Shown: piece by piece, positions 26,435 to 34,792 of the stretch
Position numbering within the stretch: the first letter of the stretch is position 1
Layout of the letters: the number at the start of each line of letters is the position of its first letter
DNA from: a virus
Taxonomy: Duplodnaviria; Caudoviricetes
Virus record (IMG/VR): IMGVR_UViG_3300025723_000026
Location: 1 to 64,000 of that record
Reading direction: 5' to 3' (one strand)
Length of the DNA: 64,000 bases
Translations under genes and position numbers: made by a program
Notes under the pieces: model-generated
What the model saw: the letters and a program-made list of their open reading frames with translations, nothing else
What the model was told of the DNA's origin: nothing
Database searches by the model: none

Positions 26435-26579
26435 GAGAAAGCTTCATAAATTTACTATATAGACTCCAGGCAGGCCCTGCAATAAGCTTACGAGTTATTT
26501 CACTCCAATCAGTACGGCAGACGATCTTCCAACAAATATTACCGAGATGGTAAAATAGTAAAGCTAAAAATTTATTCAT
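26379..26579 (-). CDS. Hypothetical protein
   Basis: 66 aa ORF. Confidence 0.5.
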   Translation of the reverse strand: MNKFLALLFYHLGNICWKIVCRTDWSEITRKLIAGPAWSLYSKFMKLSLEYDERAGYIIWKLPENE

Positions 26580-26592
26580 GTAGATATATAAT

Positions 26593-26832
26593 CTACTTTT
26601 TTTGTTTACCGAGCTTCTTTACAAAGAAGTTAATCTTTGCCTGTTCCATAGTCTTCTCGACAACAATCCAGCGAAGTGGTTTTCCTTCGTGCTCGTTTTG
26701 CTCATTAAAAATAGCTCTACGAATAATTGATTCACGTTCATCGTAAGTAGGCTCATACTTAAAGACAATAGTCCTAGTATACTTTGTTTCGTTCTTAGGT
26801 TTTGATTTTGCTTTTAATGGTAATTTAGCCAT
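26593..26832 (-). CDS. Hypothetical protein
   Basis: 79 aa ORF with sigma70-like promoter. Confidence 0.55.
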   Translation of the reverse strand: MAKLPLKAKSKPKNETKYTRTIVFKYEPTYDERESIIRRAIFNEQNEHEGKPLRWIVVEKTMEQAKINFFVKKLGKQKK

Positions 26833-26911
26833 TTCTATATACTATAGGAATTATATTTTTTTACAAGCTTAAAAAGTGCTCCAGGTGCTCAACCAGAAAC
26901 TAAATTAAACT

Positions 26912-27397
26912 TTATTTAACCTCGATACTAATATTGTGTACCTCCGGTTTCACTGTCGGGACCTTAACTCGTAGTAACCCGTCGGTGTATGTTGATGAGA
27001 TGTTTTTAACATCCGTATTGTCATTAAGAGAGAAGGACAATTGTCCCTTTCTACGGCTAATGCCTTTACGATGGAAGACTACTGTCTCATCATATTCAAC
27101 TTCTTCCTTATCAACAGCGATCACGAGCTTACCCTCCTTGACCGATACGTTGATATTATCCTTTCCTACACCAGCCAATGCTACTTCGATGTAGTAGGTG
27201 ATTGGGTTGCCGTCTGGATCGGTTTCTGATACAATGTTATAAGGATAGACTGCATTTGGAATATCAAATGCTTTATCGAAGTCCTTAATGACATCGGTTA
27301 GCCACTTATCGTTAAACAGCGCAGGGAGGTGACTGAATCCCGTCGCTGTAGCAGGAATGATCCTGCCAATCGTGTATGGTGTTATTGTGTTTGTCAT
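26912..27397 (-). CDS. hsp20: Small heat shock protein (Hsp20/alpha-crystallin)
   Basis: YPYNIV, IEVALAGVGK, HRKGISRR, YTDGLLRVKVP, ISIEVK. Confidence 0.92.
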   Translation of the reverse strand: MTNTITPYTIGRIIPATATGFSHLPALFNDKWLTDVIKDFDKAFDIPNAVYPYNIVSETDPDGNPITYYIEVALAGVGKDNINVSVKEGKLVIAVDKEEVEYDETVVFHRKGISRRKGQLSFSLNDNTDVKNISSTYTDGLLRVKVPTVKPEVHNISIEVK

Positions 27398-27460
27398 ATG
27401 TTTTCTCCTTTGTTAAGCGAGTTAATATGTTCACTCTAGTCTCGGTTGAGCACCTGAGCA
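27398..27460 (-). promoter_or_regulatory. hsp20 5' UTR with ROSE-like thermometer hairpin over the SD
   Basis: CTCGCTT-AACA-AAGGAG pairs with a bulged G (UCGCU motif). Confidence 0.6.
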
Positions 27461-27495
27461 ATATTATTTATATAGGCTATTCTAAAAAATAGCAA

Positions 27496-27768
27496 TTATT
27501 TTTTATACCGATAATAAAAGTAAAGTGTTATAAGATATCAAACAATACCAAAACAATAATTTACAAATAACCAGAGCTGAAATCCTTTACCTAAGAGATA
27601 AAACATTGCAAACACATACCCTGCTAAAACAAGATAAATCATCGCAGCAGAAAAATCTTTAGCAGATTTTGTTTTAAAGAGTTTATAGAGCTGAGGGAAC
27701 CAACTTACTGCCCAACATATAGACATGAGAAACCCGCTTATTTCAATGGCATCTCTCGTAATCTGCAC
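27496..27768 (-). CDS. PQ-loop/SemiSWEET-like membrane protein interrupted by in-frame TGA (27538-27540)
   Basis: WFPQLYKLFKTKSAKDFS motif; the frame continues after TGA as YLITLYFYYRYKK then TAA. Confidence 0.65.
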
Positions 27769-27769
27769 G

Positions 27770-27779
27770 TAAATATTTA
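27770..27779. promoter_or_regulatory. Palindromic bidirectional late-promoter-like element
   Basis: TAAATATTTA between divergent starts at 27768 (-) and 27783 (+). Confidence 0.5.
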
Positions 27780-27782
27780 AGC

Positions 27783-27941
27783 ATGCTGACAGAATATATA
27801 TTCGAACTTGTGGAGAATGAAACGCCTAAGCTTCTTAATGTTGTAGCTACAACAAAGGAAGAAGCTGAAAAGAAGCTTAAAGCTCGTTACGGAGAACAAG
27901 TAGATTTAAAGTTATTAGATCTTAGAAGACTTATCTACTAA
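27783..27941 (+). CDS. Small hypothetical protein (52 aa)
   Basis: MLTEYIFELVENETPKLLNVVATTKEEAEKKLKARYG... Confidence 0.55.
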   Translation: MLTEYIFELVENETPKLLNVVATTKEEAEKKLKARYGEQVDLKLLDLRRLIY

Positions 27942-28541
27942 ATTTATAGCAACATCGTGGAAATTAATTTGCTTTAGTAGACCATTTACTATTCGTATTT
28001 GTAACTTCACTCTTTCTTCTAAGCTGTATGACTTGACAGGTGTCTCAACCGTTACACTAGGGATATCACGTTTCCTTAATGCTCTTTCAAGTGTCCCTGC
28101 TGTTGGTAGATGGCCACGCACTATAACACCTTTATCAGTCTTATCTCCTATTGCCGACTTTGCCAATGGTACATCCAATTCAGCTAAAACAGCTTGAACT
28201 TTGTCCTTCATACCTGGAGAGCAATAAGCATATACTTCATCAGTTGTATCATCTTCATGAAGTGCTATAACCAATCTTGGCTGAACTTCTTCAATTTTAG
28301 CTAGAATTTCATCTTCTATTGGTAAAGAATCCTTTTTATCAAAATGTCTATTAGGATCAACTCCATCCAATCTTCTCTTACCTGTTGGATTAACATCAGC
28401 AATTACAACAATGTTCTCTTTTCCTTTATACCTTTTAGCTGCTATATTACCAGCTGGTTCATCACCGTGAATACCGCCAATCAAAACAACAGGTCCTTCT
28501 GTTGTCGCTAGAATAGATTCTACTAGAATATCAAACTTCAC
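27915..28541 (-). CDS. Succinylglutamate desuccinylase/aspartoacylase-like (M14) zinc hydrolase
   Basis: GGIHGDEPAG, DPNRHF, IALHED. Confidence 0.8.
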   Translation of the reverse strand: MKFDILVESILATTEGPVVLIGGIHGDEPAGNIAAKRYKGKENIVVIADVNPTGKRRLDGVDPNRHFDKKDSLPIEDEILAKIEEVQPRLVIALHEDDTTDEVYAYCSPGMKDKVQAVLAELDVPLAKSAIGDKTDKGVIVRGHLPTAGTLERALRKRDIPSVTVETPVKSYSLEERVKLQIRIVNGLLKQINFHDVAINLVDKSSKI

Positions 28542-28558
28542 AGAATTATTTAAGTTAA

Positions 28559-29233
28559 TTACACCTTTATCTTTTCTCTATAAGGCTTAAAATGTTCTTT
28601 AAATCCCTTAACTATAGCGTCATAGTTCTTTAGCTCTTTTGTATTGAGCTTTTTATTAGCTTTGAGAGAATTAAAGCCTGTAGTAAGATATGCTTGAAGC
28701 TCATCGTTAAAAACAGCTTTTGTATATCCTAGTTCATAAAGAACATCTTCTGCCTTTTTACGAACTGATTTATTAAGCTTTTTAAGAATATCGTTTGCTT
28801 TCTTTTTATATTCTTTATCTAAAAAGTATAGAGCGTGACAACATTCATGTTCAATTGTATTAGTGTCGTTATTTGATCCAATGAGATAGTAGTTACGACT
28901 TTCAATTTTACCTACAATCTTATCATGAATATCGGTTATAATACTATCGTAAATATTAAAGTCCTCTACCTCATTATCATATAGATCTGAAATAACAGGA
29001 CCAGGTATATTAAACCCACCCCAATCTATAGGATAGGTAAAAGAGCCTTCATTACCTTTTGAATAGATAGCCATGAGCTCTACTAAGGTAAAGCGCTTAC
29101 CGCGGATTTGTTTAAAAGGAGATTCGTAGAATTCTTGTACCCTGCAAAACGTCATAGCAAGATCATACATATCCTCTATCTGACAAAGATAAATTCCTGG
29201 GTATAGATTTTTAAGAGAATATTTGATCTTCAT
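28559..29233 (-). CDS. Hypothetical protein with HExxH motif
   Basis: 224 aa; IEHECCHALYF. Confidence 0.6.
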   Translation of the reverse strand: MKIKYSLKNLYPGIYLCQIEDMYDLAMTFCRVQEFYESPFKQIRGKRFTLVELMAIYSKGNEGSFTYPIDWGGFNIPGPVISDLYDNEVEDFNIYDSIITDIHDKIVGKIESRNYYLIGSNNDTNTIEHECCHALYFLDKEYKKKANDILKKLNKSVRKKAEDVLYELGYTKAVFNDELQAYLTTGFNSLKANKKLNTKELKNYDAIVKGFKEHFKPYREKIKV

Positions 29234-29244
29234 TTTATATTTAT

Positions 29245-29319
29245 TGGCATCCTCGACGGGATTCGAACCCGTGCTAAGCCCGTGAAAGGGGCTGGTGCTA
29301 ACCGCTACACTACGAGGAC
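29245..29319 (-). tRNA. tRNA-Glu(UUC)
   Basis: Loop CT-TTC-AC, G73, CCA. Confidence 0.92.
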
Positions 29320-29383
29320 CAAAAAAAGACCGGGCGTGAGATAGCTTGCATGTGCAGAGGCCCGCCCGGTTTACTTTATTTAC

Positions 29384-30484
29384 TTATGCTTCAAGATTCG
29401 CTGGTTCAACATTACGGAATGGATCCGGTGCTACTGCAGCAAAATCAGGTCCTTTAAAGAACATCTCTGAAGCAAGACGATTGAGCTCCATACGGAATGC
29501 AATATTCTCATCAGATTGAATATGATGGGTTGCAACATTGGTTAGGTTATTGAACAGGTCATACGCATTAACGTTTGAGTTAGCGGTTGACTGCCAACGG
29601 GTACCTTTCTTCGCTGTATCAATTCCAAGAGTCTTATAACGACCCTTGATCTCGTTATCGTTAAACATTGTTACAGCAAGCTCCTTATCTAAATCCATAA
29701 CAAGCTTACGAGCGTTATAGTACTCACGGAGAGAGGCGTTATTGTTACGAAGACGATTAGCGCTAGCTGAAACTTCCTGACGGAGAGCATCTCCAGTCAA
29801 GAACTTACGAACTTGCGTATCGAAGGTACGCTGACTGAAGTCTGCGCTATCAATAAAGCGCTGAGCCATACGATGAACAGCAGTCATTCCGTTAGAGCAG
29901 ACCAAGCGAAGGAGATAGGGGAAGAACTGCGACTTATTCATCGAGAAGTTCATACCAAAACCACCCTTCCACATATCCTTACCATCACCGAAGACATCGA
30001 TATCAGAATCAGGGTTCTTAAAATTAATGTTGATACAAATATTTGTAGGATCGAAATCAAAATTTCGAAGCTCAAGATTGGTATCATTATCGCGCAGATA
30101 AGCCTCTGTATAACGGAGACCGGCAGTAAGGTCAATTGCCTTCTCCTCCTTAATCGGACGATCGAAGATATTAACAATCTCGTTGTTGCTACTGTCCTGA
30201 ATAGCTGTAACACGCTTATTCTGACGGATGTTAGTGAGTGCATTATGGAGCGGGGCCCACTGAGCGTTATCATCTTTAATCTCGTTAACGAGCTTATCCT
30301 TAACACCAAGAACACCAAGCAGACTGCTCAATGACTTAGTACCAAGGCGATTATTATTATAAGAGAACGTATTACCGCTCTTCTCAATGTTTTCAATATC
30401 CAGAGGGACAAGGCTGTAGCCCTGAAGTGTCTGGCGGATTTCTGCGCTTTTAGCGACGAACTGATCTAGTGTTGTTGTACTCAT
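29384..30484 (-). CDS. DUF932-like protein
   Basis: LLRLVCSNGM motif; C-terminal YDLFNNLTNVATH. Confidence 0.6.
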   Translation of the reverse strand: MSTTTLDQFVAKSAEIRQTLQGYSLVPLDIENIEKSGNTFSYNNNRLGTKSLSSLLGVLGVKDKLVNEIKDDNAQWAPLHNALTNIRQNKRVTAIQDSSNNEIVNIFDRPIKEEKAIDLTAGLRYTEAYLRDNDTNLELRNFDFDPTNICININFKNPDSDIDVFGDGKDMWKGGFGMNFSMNKSQFFPYLLRLVCSNGMTAVHRMAQRFIDSADFSQRTFDTQVRKFLTGDALRQEVSASANRLRNNNASLREYYNARKLVMDLDKELAVTMFNDNEIKGRYKTLGIDTAKKGTRWQSTANSNVNAYDLFNNLTNVATHHIQSDENIAFRMELNRLASEMFFKGPDFAAVAPDPFRNVEPANLEA

Positions 30485-30561
30485 GACCCCTTTATAATAA
30501 AGGCACCTGAGAAGGAATTCCAGAATTATTTTTAAATTCCCGGAAATAGTTTCTAATTTAC

Positions 30562-31620
30562 TTAATAACCAGGTAGTTCCGGAAGATTACAAATTTGTTG
30601 AAATTTATCTCTTACAAGGTTGAACCCTTGCATGATGGTATTTTTATCACTTGTAGCTTTTTCTTCTGAAGCTTTATCCCGCTTTGAGCTTGAAAGATTT
30701 ACATCAGTTTTTGCTTTATAGATATCAAAAAATTTTGTAAGATATTCTGTTTCATTTTGATATTTGGAGAGAGTTCCTTTTCCAAACATATCATTATTAT
30801 AGAAACTTCTAGCAAGTCCCTTAATGCCCTTAATCAGTATTTCAATATCAACATCTTTTGGCTCTTTAGCAATGACACCTGGGTTTTGTATAAGAAGAGG
30901 GTCTGGTGTAGCGTTCTTAACTCCGTTTATTTCCGCTTCATGCTTAAAGATATCTAAAATAAACGAACGAATGCTTGCTGATGCCGTCTTTACTTCAACG
31001 TTTGCACCTCTTGTAGAGCGGAAAGGAGAGCGAACATTATCTTTTAATTTATATTGAGCGCCTGCATGCTGGATACTCATATCAAGAGTATCACCTAATA
31101 CGCTAAACATATTCCCGTATAGAAGTCCCTTTAAACCATGCTGTGGTGTTGTTCTCCACCTACCCCACTCTGCTGTGTCAGATGGATGAATAATAAGATC
31201 AACCTGAACGTAATCGTCACCGCTTACATGAAAAATTGGATGGCCTGAATTACCCTCAGAAACATCTCTTGGCTTGACGTCTTTAATAAATTGATCAAAC
31301 AGTCCCCACCAATAGGTCTGTGCTGCTGAAGGTGTTTTATGTGCTTCGTTTTTTGGAACAATGATTTGAAGATCTAAATCACCGTACGTCTTGTTTTCCT
31401 TGTCGTATTCATAATGTGCAGTACTACCAAGAGGAGACCCCATTTTAATCATTGGAATGCCATGTTTATTAGCATATAAATTAAATTGATCTATAAACTG
31501 TTTAACTTTTGGTAATACCATTCGTATAACTGAAGGGGTTATAACTGTATTTTGTGTTAAAGGAGAATCGTATCCGCCTTCATTTATCTGAGCATAAAAT
31601 TTACTGAACGTTAACGGCAT
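30562..31620 (-). CDS. Putative Pol-beta-superfamily nucleotidyltransferase
   Basis: LGSTAH...YGDLDLQI and VQVDLI give GS...DxD...D. Confidence 0.6.
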   Translation of the reverse strand: MPLTFSKFYAQINEGGYDSPLTQNTVITPSVIRMVLPKVKQFIDQFNLYANKHGIPMIKMGSPLGSTAHYEYDKENKTYGDLDLQIIVPKNEAHKTPSAAQTYWWGLFDQFIKDVKPRDVSEGNSGHPIFHVSGDDYVQVDLIIHPSDTAEWGRWRTTPQHGLKGLLYGNMFSVLGDTLDMSIQHAGAQYKLKDNVRSPFRSTRGANVEVKTASASIRSFILDIFKHEAEINGVKNATPDPLLIQNPGVIAKEPKDVDIEILIKGIKGLARSFYNNDMFGKGTLSKYQNETEYLTKFFDIYKAKTDVNLSSSKRDKASEEKATSDKNTIMQGFNLVRDKFQQICNLPELPGY

Positions 31621-31643
31621 AAAAAATATTTATGCTATTTTCT

Positions 31644-31683
31644 AAAAAAAGAAACCCCTATTACCTGATCAGGGCAATAGGGG
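31644..31683 (-). terminator. Intrinsic terminator closing the large ncRNA
   Basis: CCCCTATT...AATAGGGG then TTTCTTTTTTT. Confidence 0.85.
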
Positions 31684-32148
31684 TGAGTTCGAACTCTGTT
31701 TTTCTATTTCTTTATCTCTCTGCATTTTAGGGAGAGCGACTCCTTTCCGGACTTGAGACCGGCAACTGGTAGCATTACTAAAGAAATTTGTGGTATTTGA
31801 AAAGCTTTTGTTCCGGAATTTGTTCTTTCCTCAACGGGACTCGGCATGGAGCCAAGTTTACCGTCCAGTCTGTGTTTACTAAAGCAAAGGATCAAAGCTG
31901 TATGTAAGTTTTTGGCTCCCCTTATGAAAATACGTCTACTAACATACCAACAGACAACTCAACGTATCTCTCCCACGGATTATACCTACAACGCGGGAAC
32001 TTAATTTATATGACTAGAAAACCTCATTCGTTTTCACGGAGATTTATCTTACAGGCTACACGTTCACTCGGCCGAATGCTTCGCTATCACCTATCGCGGG
32101 AGTCCTTTTGCATATCAGACTTGCGCCTAGTCAAATTTTTAAAATGTA
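31684..32148 (-). ncRNA. Large structured ncRNA (~470 nt), possibly ROOL-like
   Basis: No credible ORF; own promoter, boxA and terminator; GGAGCCAA/TTGGCTCC long-range pair and several hairpins. Family assignment is from memory only. Confidence 0.65.
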
Positions 32149-32204
32149 CTATCAAAGATCAATTCTTATTCTTTTAATATAGTGACTGAATAAGGAAGTG
32201 GCAA
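32149..32204 (-). promoter_or_regulatory. sigma70-like promoter and boxA-like element for the large ncRNA
   Basis: TTGCCA-N17-TATATT (32204-32176); GATCTTTGATAG (32160-32149). Confidence 0.65.
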
Positions 32205-32361
32205 CTAGAAAATTTGTAAGTCTTTTTGTCCTGATAACTTGAAGCGTCCCTCATTATGTATCAGTTTTGTTATGACTTACGACGAACCGGTTCCATACAT
32301 ACAGCCTTTCGAACAGCTGTAGAGAGGGTTTTACCGATTTCTGTGAATTTATTTATATTTA

Positions 32362-33009
32362 TTAAAATGAATATCCAAGAGTTGTTTCGAGACCATTACC
32401 CTGATAATTCTGACCAAAGGCAGTAATGTATCTTGCTCCAAGCTCTACGTTCTTTGAAATTTTATAGGTTATACCAAACTTAAAGGTATTAACGAACGTA
32501 TCACCGTACTGTGAGTTAAGAGCGCTACCTGGATCATAACGTAGGAACGTGCTCCATCTTTCACTAAGCTTACGCTCAAGCTTAGCCTGCGCTAGCCAAT
32601 ATCCAACGTTAGGTGATGTTGGATCAGTATAGCTATAACCATCACCTAGACCACCACGAAGACTGAACTCCCAATCCTTACCAAGAGCCCATGTATATCG
32701 AAGCTTAAGCTCTGTATAACCATCGGTTTGTTGATCAGGTCCTGTTATACGTGAAGCACCGGTTTCAGCTTCTAGATCCCAACCATTCTTAAAGTTAGCA
32801 CCCATAGAGAGTTGCTCGGTATTGTTCCACTGGTACGGTCCCCATTGACCATCTGTTTTTGTACGCTGATACATACCTGTCCAGTGAGGCTCGATATTAT
32901 ATTCAATTGGTTCATTCGTACTGATGAGTACTACTTTGTTCGTGTCACCAGCGTAAGCAGCGACCGTGGTTAGCGTTGCGACGATTAGTACAATGTATTT
33001 GTTTTTCAT
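32362..33009 (-). CDS. Outer-membrane beta-barrel (porin-like) protein
   Basis: Signal peptide MKNKYIVLIVATLTTVAAYA, alternating hydrophobic strands, C-terminal TTLGYSF. Confidence 0.75.
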   Translation of the reverse strand: MKNKYIVLIVATLTTVAAYAGDTNKVVLISTNEPIEYNIEPHWTGMYQRTKTDGQWGPYQWNNTEQLSMGANFKNGWDLEAETGASRITGPDQQTDGYTELKLRYTWALGKDWEFSLRGGLGDGYSYTDPTSPNVGYWLAQAKLERKLSERWSTFLRYDPGSALNSQYGDTFVNTFKFGITYKISKNVELGARYITAFGQNYQGNGLETTLGYSF

Positions 33010-33029
33010 ATTTGTGTACGTGGGTTGAA

Positions 33030-34103
33030 TTACTTGATAAATGTAAAGGCAGCTGCGGTTGAAAGCAAAAGCAATACCCAAACACAAAGTGTTGAATAAT
33101 ATGTCCAAAGACTTGTCCCAAAATAGCGTTTACCAATAAGAACACATTCATGAAGCGGGGAGATAAGGTATCCGGCGTAATCCAGAGCAAAGAACCAGAG
33201 AAGATATTCTTTACCAAAGATCGTCGACATAAGGACGGTTAGTGCAGCGAACTTTCCATCAGATCCCATACTATACGAGGCGATAAATGTAATAATACTA
33301 ATTACAATAAAACCAACAGATGTGTGCATTGATACACCAAGATTCTTTACAGACGATTCAATCCAATCATGATGCTCTTGCATATAATCAGATAAGAAGA
33401 AGACAATACCAATTATCCAAATTGTATTCCAGTTAATATAGCTATTAAGTTTTTTGAGATTAAAATTCTTTGTTAGAATCAGATAATAAGCCATTAGCGT
33501 ACCAAATACCGTAAACACAGCCAATGGACCTTCACCACCTAGAAGAATGTACCCAACGATAGCTAGAAGAAACGGTACAACGTTCTTAATAAATCCAAGA
33601 ACATTAAATTTAGGTCTTTCGGTAATCTCTACTTCCTCTTCTTTAACATTAAACCAAATATAATAACCAATAAAGAGAGCAGAAACAGCAATTAACGGCC
33701 AGATCATTCCTAACCAAGCTGTATAACCGATAGAGAAAGCAGCCATCGGTAAAATAACAGGCTTCTCTAACGGTGACCACATATAGAAATGATGGGTAGT
33801 TAAGAAATCAACAATTCCTAGCTTTTTTCGACTTTCTGAATTCTCAGATTCATGATTAGTACAGTTACAATTTGATGTAGCTGTATCAAGAATTCCTGCT
33901 GATACTGTTGCTCTTCCTTCAATAGGAAGGATACCTGATACAAACGAAAGTAGAGATATAACTACTCGATTACTCTTAAACTTTGACTTTAGATATCCGT
34001 AAATATCCTGGAAGATGCCATGCTCTTTAATAGTTCCAGATACAATCATGATCGCAATGAGCACGAATAGATATATCTCGTCTTCTAGATATGACCAATT
34101 CAT
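33030..34103 (-). CDS. Multi-pass inner-membrane transporter (DUF401/IT-superfamily-like)
   Basis: About 10 hydrophobic segments; GYLISPLHEC...RYFG C-terminal motif. Confidence 0.65.
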   Translation of the reverse strand: MNWSYLEDEIYLFVLIAIMIVSGTIKEHGIFQDIYGYLKSKFKSNRVVISLLSFVSGILPIEGRATVSAGILDTATSNCNCTNHESENSESRKKLGIVDFLTTHHFYMWSPLEKPVILPMAAFSIGYTAWLGMIWPLIAVSALFIGYYIWFNVKEEEVEITERPKFNVLGFIKNVVPFLLAIVGYILLGGEGPLAVFTVFGTLMAYYLILTKNFNLKKLNSYINWNTIWIIGIVFFLSDYMQEHHDWIESSVKNLGVSMHTSVGFIVISIITFIASYSMGSDGKFAALTVLMSTIFGKEYLLWFFALDYAGYLISPLHECVLIGKRYFGTSLWTYYSTLCVWVLLLLSTAAAFTFIK

Positions 34104-34145
34104 TATTATAATATAATATAAATGTTGATAAATTCAATAAAAAAA

Positions 34146-34230
34146 ACTACAACTAGAGCGAATTCAATCTTTCGGAGGATTACTAGTACCTCGTTCTAAA
34201 CAGGAATTCTACCTGCTCTCTAATTGTAGT
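34146..34230 (-). ncRNA. Unassigned structured element 3' of tmRNA
   Basis: 13-bp closing stem ACTACAATTAGAG/CTCTAGTTGTAGT around small hairpins, followed by a U-tract. Confidence 0.45.
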
Positions 34231-34251
34231 AAATTGGTGGAGGCGAGGGGA

Positions 34252-34457
34252 CACTTAATCTCTAGCTTTCGCTAAAGCGTGGACTATATCTTCACCCTCG
34301 CGGGTGTTGGATGCTCAAGCCGGTACTCCGGTAGTCTCTGCACCTTCCTATTTCTAGGCTCGGCTCAGTATTGCCATGTTGCTTTCGCAATTTAGGTTCC
34401 ACTGAATTCTTCCAATTTATACATTATCTATTGCTAGATAAGTCGACCTGCTTGTTG
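34252..34457 (-). mobile_element. Group I intron (IA-type, no ORF) in the tmRNA T-loop
   Basis: P1 with U.G splice pair, P2-P9 helices, GGCAATACTGAGCC, GGTGCAGAGACTA and AAGATATAGTCC motifs, terminal G; removal gives AGGGG-TTCGATT-CCCCT. Confidence 0.92.
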
Positions 34458-34684
34458 ATCGAACCCCTGTGTTTATACTGTTACGTTAATATCTCTACAC
34501 GCTTAGATAAGTTTAGCATTTGATTGACTACAGGCTGCTATGGCTTACCGACCTATCTTTTTTAGTCTGCCTATTATAGTGAAGAGTCTACAACCACCCC
34601 CTGTACTATGTTTTCTAAGTATCACAGGTACTACTTTAACCTATTATTATTTCCAAAAGCTTAATAGGATCTGCTTCTGGTTCC

Positions 34685-34792
34685 TTAGGCTGCGATAGCG
34701 AGGGGAGCCATTTCGTCACAGAGACAAAACTCTGTAATTGTGTTGGCTGCCTTCTTTACCTTGGCAAGGATTGCGGAGACCTTAGTCTTTGC
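34685..34792 (-). other. tmRNA tag reading frame (35 aa)
   Basis: AKTKVSAILAKVKKAANTITEFCLCDEMAPLAIAA then TAA. Confidence 0.75.

Noticed and set aside
31684-32148. RNase P RNA or group II intron
   Set aside because: GAGGAAAG is followed by AAC rather than TCC, no CR-V motif, and no domain V or GUGYG start was found
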